The notes below the pieces were generated by a model, which was given only the letters and a program-made list of their open reading frames with translations, searched no databases and was not told the origin of the DNA. Positions 61,579 to 64,000 of a DNA stretch of 64,000 nucleotides are shown one piece after another (position 1 is the first letter of the stretch; each line of letters opens with the position of its first letter). A program made the position numbers and the translations under genes. The DNA comes from Candidatus Methylomirabilia bacterium (GTDB lineage Bacteria > Methylomirabilota > Methylomirabilia > Rokubacteriales > CSP1-6). Where the stretch lies: positions 14,543 through 78,542 of the forward strand of contig JBGQEL010000002.1 of NCBI GenBank assembly GCA_041496385.1, in the 5' to 3' direction.

Positions 61579-63864
61579 ATGGCCTATCGCGTGATCGGCG
61601 GGAGCCAGACGCGGGCGGACGCGTGGGAGAAGGTGCGCGGCCGGCCGATCTACGCCGGCGACCTGGCGCTGGCCGGCATGCTCCACGCCCGGATCGTCCG
61701 GAGCCCGTACGCGTCGGCCCGCATCGTACGCCTCGACACACGGGCCGCGCTGTCGCTCCCGGGCGTTGCGGCGGTGCTCACGGCGCAGGACGTGCCGCGC
61801 AACGAGCTGCGCATGGAGCTGCCCGGGCGGATGGCCGAGGCCACCGCGGGCGCCGTGCTGGCCACGCAGCCCGTCCTCGCCGCCGACCGCGTGCGCTTCC
61901 AGGGCGAGCCCGTCGCGGCGATCGCGGCCGAGACGCCCGAGATCGCGGCCCAGGCCGCCGACCTCGTCGAGGTGGAGTACGAGGAGCTGCCGGGCGTGTA
62001 CGACCCGCTCGCCGCGCTCGCCCCCGGCGCGCCCGAGGTTCACGAGGGTGGCAACGTGCTCCGCCGCTGGCACCTCCGCTCGGGCGACGTCGCTCAGGGC
62101 TTCGGGCGCGCCGACGCCATCGTCGAGCACACCTACCGCACGCCGTTCGTCGATCACGTTTACCTGGAGACCGAGACCGGGCTCGGCTGGATCGACGCCG
62201 AGGGCGTGCTGGTCCTCCGCGTGAGCACGCAGGTGCTCGAGCACTTCCGGGACGTGGCCGAGATTCTCCGGCTGCCCCACGGGCGCGTGCGACTGGAGGG
62301 CACCTACGTCGGCGGCGGCTTCGGCGGCAAGGAAGACGTCACCGTCGAGTGCCTCCTGGGCCTGCTCGTCTGGACGACGCGCCGGCCCGTGCAGCTCGTC
62401 TTCTCGCGCGAGGAGTCCTTCATCGGCCACGGCAAGCGCCACCCGTACGTGATGCGCTATCGCACCGGCGCCACGCGCGACGGCACGCTCACGGCGCTCG
62501 AGGCCGAGCTCGTCTCCGACTCCGGCGCCTACGCGGCGCTCTCACCGTGGGTGCTGCTCTACAGCCTGGTGACGGCGACCGGGCCGTATCGCGTGCCGCA
62601 CGTCAGGGTCGACGCGACCACCGTCTACACGAACAACCCCGTCGCGAGCGCGTACCGGTGCTTCGGCTCGATCCAGACCTGCCTCGCCTACGAGGGCCAG
62701 ATGGATGCCCTCGCGGCGGCGCTCGGCATGGACGCGCTCGCGCTGCGCGAGAAGAACTTTCTCCGCAAGGGCGACGCGCTCGCGACCGGCCAGGTGCTCG
62801 AGACCGAGCCGCGGCTCGCGGAGACCCTGCGCCGCGCGTGGGCCGGGCTCGGTGAGCCGCGGTCATCCGGCCGTCCGATTCGCGTCGGCCGCGCCGTCGC
62901 CGCCTCGTTCACGCCCTACGGTCGCATGTGCTGGACGCGCGACTCGGCGAGCGCCTGGATCGGCATGGAGCTGGACGGCACCGCCGTCGTCCGCTGCGCC
63001 GCGCCCGACGTCGGCGGCGGCCAGACTTCGTCGCTCTGCGCGATCACCGCCGAGGTGCTGGGCCTGGACCTCGAGCACGTGACCGCCGTGGGGCGCGACA
63101 GCCATTTCACGCCGCGCGCCGGCACGACGACGGCCACGCGTCAGCTCCTGATGTCTGGCAACGCCGTGCTCAACGCCGCGCGCGAGGTCCGCCGCCACCT
63201 GGTGGCGGCCGCGGCGACCCTGCTGGAGGCCGCGCCCGGCGACGTCGAGCTGGCCGACGGCCGGGCGTTCGTCAGGGGCGCGCCGGGCCGCGCGCTCACG
63301 ATGGCGAGTGTGGTGAAGGCGGCGATCGCAGAGGGCCGGCCCGTCCAGGCGCTGGAGAAGTACGACGCGCCCTCGGCACCGACGATCGACCCCCTCACCG
63401 GGCAGGGCAAGGCGTTCAACGACTACACGTTCGGCACGCACGCGATCGAGATGGAGATCGACGAGGAGACCGGCCGATCGCGCGTGAGCCGGCTCGTGGC
63501 GTGCTTCGACGCCGGCCGCGTCATCAACCGCGCGAGCGCCGAGGGCCAGCTCGAGGGCGGCGCCGTCCAGGGGCTCGGCTACGCGCTCATGGAGGAGATC
63601 GCGCTCGAGAACGGCGTGAGCAAGAACCCGCACCTGGCCGACTACCGCATCCCGACCACGCTCGACGTCCCCGAGATCCAGACCGTGCTGCTCGAGTCCG
63701 GCGACGGCCTGGGGCCGTTCGGCGCCAAGGGCCTCGGCGAGCCGGCCATGACGCCGAGCATCGCCGCCGTCGCCAACGCCGTGTCGGCCGCGGTGGGGGT
63801 CCGCATGACGGAGCTGCCGATCACATCCGAGCGCGTGCGCGTCGCGCTCCGCTCGAGGACGTAG
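61579..63864 (+). CDS. Xanthine dehydrogenase-family molybdopterin-binding subunit
   Basis: RSPYASA, VGGGFGGKE, SAYRCFG, GQLEGG, GPFGAKGLGE. Confidence 0.92.
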   Translation: MAYRVIGGSQTRADAWEKVRGRPIYAGDLALAGMLHARIVRSPYASARIVRLDTRAALSLPGVAAVLTAQDVPRNELRMELPGRMAEATAGAVLATQPVLAADRVRFQGEPVAAIAAETPEIAAQAADLVEVEYEELPGVYDPLAALAPGAPEVHEGGNVLRRWHLRSGDVAQGFGRADAIVEHTYRTPFVDHVYLETETGLGWIDAEGVLVLRVSTQVLEHFRDVAEILRLPHGRVRLEGTYVGGGFGGKEDVTVECLLGLLVWTTRRPVQLVFSREESFIGHGKRHPYVMRYRTGATRDGTLTALEAELVSDSGAYAALSPWVLLYSLVTATGPYRVPHVRVDATTVYTNNPVASAYRCFGSIQTCLAYEGQMDALAAALGMDALALREKNFLRKGDALATGQVLETEPRLAETLRRAWAGLGEPRSSGRPIRVGRAVAASFTPYGRMCWTRDSASAWIGMELDGTAVVRCAAPDVGGGQTSSLCAITAEVLGLDLEHVTAVGRDSHFTPRAGTTTATRQLLMSGNAVLNAAREVRRHLVAAAATLLEAAPGDVELADGRAFVRGAPGRALTMASVVKAAIAEGRPVQALEKYDAPSAPTIDPLTGQGKAFNDYTFGTHAIEMEIDEETGRSRVSRLVACFDAGRVINRASAEGQLEGGAVQGLGYALMEEIALENGVSKNPHLADYRIPTTLDVPEIQTVLLESGDGLGPFGAKGLGEPAMTPSIAAVANAVSAAVGVRMTELPITSERVRVALRSRT

Positions 63865-63867
63865 CCC

Positions 63868-64000
63868 GTGCCGGTCTTCGAGGAAGAGTTCACCGTGAAC
63901 GGAGCGCAGGAGGCCGTGTGGGATTTTCTCCTCGATCCCGAGCGCCTGGCGCCCTGCCTCCCCGGCTGCGAGAGCCTCGAGGTGGAGGACGCGACGACCT
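63868..64000 (+). CDS. coxG: CoxG/SRPBCC-family protein, N-terminal part only (truncated by window edge)
   Basis: GTG 3 nt after the previous stop; VPVFEEEFTVNGAQEAVWDFLLDPERLAPCLPGCESL. Confidence 0.8.
   Translation, partial: MPVFEEEFTVNGAQEAVWDFLLDPERLAPCLPGCESLEVEDATT

Overview
Very GC-rich (roughly 70% or more by eye), gene-dense bacterial chromosomal window with about 60 real CDSs. Most long ORFs in the supplied track are antisense or alternate-frame shadows, and many starts were moved to the likely true ATG/GTG. The gene mix (LLM oxidoreductases, xanthine-dehydrogenase-family Mo subunits, ABC binding proteins, hydantoinase A/B, DinB proteins, FecR-domain proteins and an outer-membrane barrel) suggests a diderm soil or sediment heterotroph such as Ca. 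Rokubacteria; this is inference only. I saw no rRNA, tRNA, CRISPR array, integrase or transposase. The best candidate for a new system is the sulfur-assimilation operon sir-sirC-cobA-ATP-grasp-Prx6 (4021-8725, minus). It is preceded by a near-consensus sigma70 promoter that appears to start a leaderless 23-aa single-Cys leader ORF (MAPERLARVRCKARERSLRQYIG, absent from the ORF track), then stacked hairpins and an intrinsic terminator abutting the sir RBS, which together look like a cysteine/sulfur-sensing attenuator. Other points: two FecR-domain secreted proteins near a TPR/beta-barrel protein and a DUF2723 glycosyltransferase; a 90-nt palindrome inserted in frame in a DUF748 gene; a 166-bp MITE-like element; a two-gene deletion scar; a Cya2-like cyclase lacking the catalytic Asn; and several likely leaderless genes.
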